Shown one piece after another: positions 60,369 to 64,000 of a stretch of DNA of 64,000 nt. The first letter of the stretch is position 1; every line of letters starts with the position of its first letter. Below the pieces are notes generated by a model. That model was not told where the DNA came from. It did no database searches and worked only from the letters and a program-made list of their open reading frames with translations. This DNA is from Lama guanicoe (lineage: Eukaryota): contig MU053810.1 in NCBI GenBank assembly GCA_013239625.1, positions 4,000,071 through 4,064,070 on the forward strand, given 5' to 3'. Position numbers and translations under genes: made by a program.

Positions 60369-62549
60369 GAGCAGGCTTTCTAAATTGAAGAATCTCATAA
60401 TGATGTTTCAAAAACCTTTCACTGCTTCCCTTGCCAAAGAATTGCAAGTTCTTTTGCGTGGCTTTCCTTCCCTCTCTAACATAATCTTTAGCCAGTCCCT
60501 TCCTACCATGGTACTTGCCATCCAGCCATGAGAATTGCTTCCTGAATGTGCTGTGCCCCTTTTTGCCTCCATGCACAGGCAGCTCCTTACAGGATGACCG
60601 TCCCCACCACTCTTGCCTGCACAGTTTCACTCTTCAGCTCAGGCACTCTCCTTCAGAAAGCCTTTCCCAACCTTCCTACTCCATGCTGACTTCTGTGTTT
60701 TCCCCAACTCCTTGAAGCTAAAACTAGCACCTGGATATTGGATGAATAAACAGAGTCTTTCATTCAATGGAGACATTCAAAGATGAATAAAACCATGGAC
60801 TATTTACTCATCACACCATTTGGACTTTACACTAGGGCAGCATCAATTCTGAAGCGATCAATAAGAAACATGAAGATGGCAGTGCTGTATTAGTATCGAT
60901 AAAAGACGCTGCAGAGGGGGAGCCTCCTGCCATTAGCCGCCCACTCCTCGCAGAGCAGATGGGTGGGTGAGAGGATGAAAGGTGGTAACTTAAGCCGACA
61001 TAAGCTAGGGTGGGAGGAAGGCAGGCATTTCATTCTGTGTCATAAAACCTGGGTGGAGATTCTGCTCCGTTGTGAACTTTTAAGCAGCTATAACAAACAG
61101 TGGCAGCTGTCTGAATGGGCAACTATGAAACCTTTTGTCCAAAAAAGATTGGAAAAGGCTTTTCTAGATGCAAGAGAGAAAAGGAGCTTGTGGGATTTTA
61201 TGAAGACTAAAATAGAAGGGTGGATACAATTTGGATTTTTATGCTGTCAACTCAAAGGAGCTGGCTAGGCACCCGTTTTCAGTGTGTTTCCTTTTTTTTT
61301 TTTTCTATATAGGGTACTTCTCTCTTGATAACATTTAGCAATTAGCTGTTAAACCAGCATTTGTCTTTCTTTGTAGGTCAACTTAATTAGTCTCAGGATC
61401 TCTGTCTCTTTCCTCCTGGGAGCCTGACCCAGCTGAATTAGCCACTGGAGATACCCTGGTTTTTATTCTCCACAGAGGGGAGCTAGAGACACACTTGAGG
61501 GACAGAAAAAGGGATGTATCAGACTGGTCATATCAGAAAATGTCAGCAACGCTTATTTGGTACCAGCTCAGAAGTTACTCTACAATTTCTATGACAAAGG
61601 GAATTAGGGGCAAAATTCATTTAAAAAGGGGAGTGGGTGGGGATTGATGGGGATTATGGAATGGTACAGTGAGGCTAGATCCCTCTAAGCTCCATGAACC
61701 CCCTTCTTGTGTTGCTATGGTAACTGTTTTACTACATTGTACTGGACATAGTGGGAGATTGAGGGGGGGGGAACACAGCTTGATTAAAATGAACCCTGCC
61801 CTCAAGAAAATTACAGTTTGGCCAGAGGAGATAGAAAAACTAACAGGTTTAAGAGGCCATTCATCAACCTAGAACAATTTTGTGAAGACAAGTGAAGCAC
61901 AGGAAAACCCTTGATAATAACTTGATAAATGAGGGAACAAAATTTCCGACAGGGTAAATAAATATGGACTCAACATGATGGCAAGATAAATCAGGCAATG
62001 AGATGCACCAGAGCAGCTGGCTGGCCACACCATTTAAGTCCTTCCTGGTCCCACATGCAGTTTGGCGCCACTCTGGCTAATACCAATGGGGATGATTCTA
62101 GGTCTTTGGATCTGGCTGGACGTTCAGGGCCGCAGCAGGGATTCCAGAAACCTCTGGCTCACTTGATGCCCATTTCTTCCACCCAGTGTGGGGAAGTCGG
62201 GCTGGGAGATGACCGTGGGTGATGCAAGTCTACCTTTGTATCCCTATTTTCTGTGACAGAGTTGCCTGCAGTCTCTTTGCCCAGTCTTGGCCCCTCCCCA
62301 CATGTGTCTCCCCTCCAGGAAATGAGAACTTTGCCTGCCCTGAGCCCACTTGAAAAGTGAGGTTGGACACAGATAAAGACACTTGCCAATATCCAATTAC
62401 ATTACATCTGAATTGACAGTATCCTGGGGGTCTGCATATCAAGAGACTTTCCTATAATAATGTTCAATTTGAATTGAAAGAAATCAGAGTACTGCTCCAA
62501 TGAGAAAGAATTAAGAAATAATGATTGTACAAGGTAGATACGTGTGAAT

Positions 62550-62790
62550 AATAATAACTAAGCATTGTTGAATCTTTACTGTATCCCAGGCATTGTCCTA
62601 AAGAGTTAATTTGCATTATCTCACTTATTCCTCACAGAGGCCCAGTGAAGCCTGCACTATTATTATCTCCATTTTAGAAAAGTGGAAATTTAGGTATGGA
62701 AAGGTAAAGTAATTTGTCCCAAGCATACAGCTACCAAATGACAAGATTGATAAACTCAGCCCTTACTTACTCTAGAGATCATGTTCTTAA
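62550..62790. mobile_element. MIR SINE fragment
   Basis: CTATTATTATCTCCATTTTAG...GGTAAAGTAATTTGTCC core. Confidence 0.75.
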
Positions 62791-63634
62791 AACCACAAAG
62801 TTATTTTGCAATGAAGGAGACAGGTTGCCATTTTTTGGTTTTGTTTTATAATTGCTCAGATTCACAGCTGGACCATAATAATTAAAGTCTCAGTAGCTAG
62901 CTTTGTTACAAATGAAAAGAATTCTATTAGGGCGGGAAAATCCTGCAAACGTTTGGAATGTTGATTTCTCAGTTCTAAAGAAGTTCTGATTGGATTCTAT
63001 TCCTAGCTTCTTATCTTTTCACAGAGGCATTTTGCAACCTTGTTTTTTCTTTCCCTAGAATTTTCACTTCTTCTTTTTTAATTTCTTCTCCTTTCTGTTT
63101 AAATGTGCTCATGTCTATTGCATCCTGGGGGGAAAAACACAGAGTGACCTATTGTTGCTGTATCTATTTCTTGTATTTTTTTTTTTTAAGACCTAAGTCT
63201 TCCTTCCGTTCCCACTCCTCCGCTTTCTCAAGTTCATCTCTTGAACACTCAGGTAATCTCTTTTCAAAGTTCAAAGGCATTTGTCATTTTCATGGCTTCT
63301 GGCTCTTTTATCTTCTCTATGACCAAGCCTTCTGCAACTTTTTTCCTGTTCTTTTTTTATCCCTCCTCTTTCTCCTCTCCACTCGCTGTATGTTTCTCCA
63401 AAGCGTACTTCTCAGAACTCTGCTATTCTTCTGATGTGTTCTTCCCTTTGAAAAGGTCATCCATTTTCAAAGTTTATCTGTCTGCTCCTTAGTAATTTCC
63501 TCTTACCCAAGCGTCAGGATTTATTTCCAAGTGCTTCCTGGAAATTTCCATTTAAGTGTTATGTTGTCACCATGAAGCTCCACGTGTATAAGGTTTAGGT
63601 CATAATCAATATTCCCCATGTGAATTCTTATGGT

Positions 63635-63870
63635 AATAATAATAATGGGAAACACTTGTGCAGCATGTACACGAAGCCTGGCACCATTCTAAGCACTTTA
63701 TGTGTGTTAACTCACTTAGTTCGTAAAGCAACTATTATCCTCATTTTACAGATGAAGGAACTCAGGCCTGGAGAGGTGAAGCCGTGTGCCCCCAGCTGAC
63801 ATCACACGCTACCGAGCGGAATAACCAAGGTTGACCCAGGCAGTACTAAGAGTCTTTCTCCTGACCACTG
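63635..63870. mobile_element. MIR SINE fragment
   Basis: ATTATCCTCATTTTACAGATGAAGGAACTCAGGC core. Confidence 0.85.
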
Positions 63871-64000
63871 CTCTGTATTTCTACGTGATGTTTTCCAAGT
63901 CCCCACGTTCAAAACTATATTCATCAGCCCTCTCTTTTCTTGCAGTCCAATTTATGCCTTCTTTTTTCTTATATAATTAAAAAATTATTAAAATACAGTC

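Noticed and set aside
1..64000. Prokaryotic-type systems (CRISPR arrays, operons, rRNA)
   Set aside because: The sequence is mammalian; no regularly spaced repeat arrays or rRNA similarity seen.

Overview
Mammalian genomic DNA, most likely a camelid, judged from three tRNA-derived Vic-1-type SINEs and a young L1 family. The one clearly intact gene is the intronless deubiquitinase OTUD1 (13376-14839, +). It sits in a CpG island with CRE, GC-box, MCAT, E-box and forkhead promoter motifs and has a 3' UTR of about 1.2 kb. Much of the rest is interspersed repeats (L1, L2, MIR, MLT1, ERV1/ERVL solo LTRs, Tigger1, MER20, MER58), plus a U6 retrocopy and a tailless 5'-half tRNA-Gly(TCC) retrocopy. The main hidden signal starts about 0.5 kb after the OTUD1 poly(A) signal. 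It is a chain of at least 18 exon-like blocks on the + strand (16538-48434, about 3.7 kb spliced) with splice signals, protein-like translation, internal repeats weakly resembling NDK-fold motifs, many in-frame stops, and one exon split by an LTR. This looks like a large decayed gene, probably a unitary pseudogene, whose 5' end must overlap or lie upstream of OTUD1. A phase-matched consensus splice donor lies inside the OTUD1 ETGE codons. A second chain of small exons (78-~12260, +) may be the 3' end of a degenerate CCDC7-like gene. All exon models were built by hand and are unverified.
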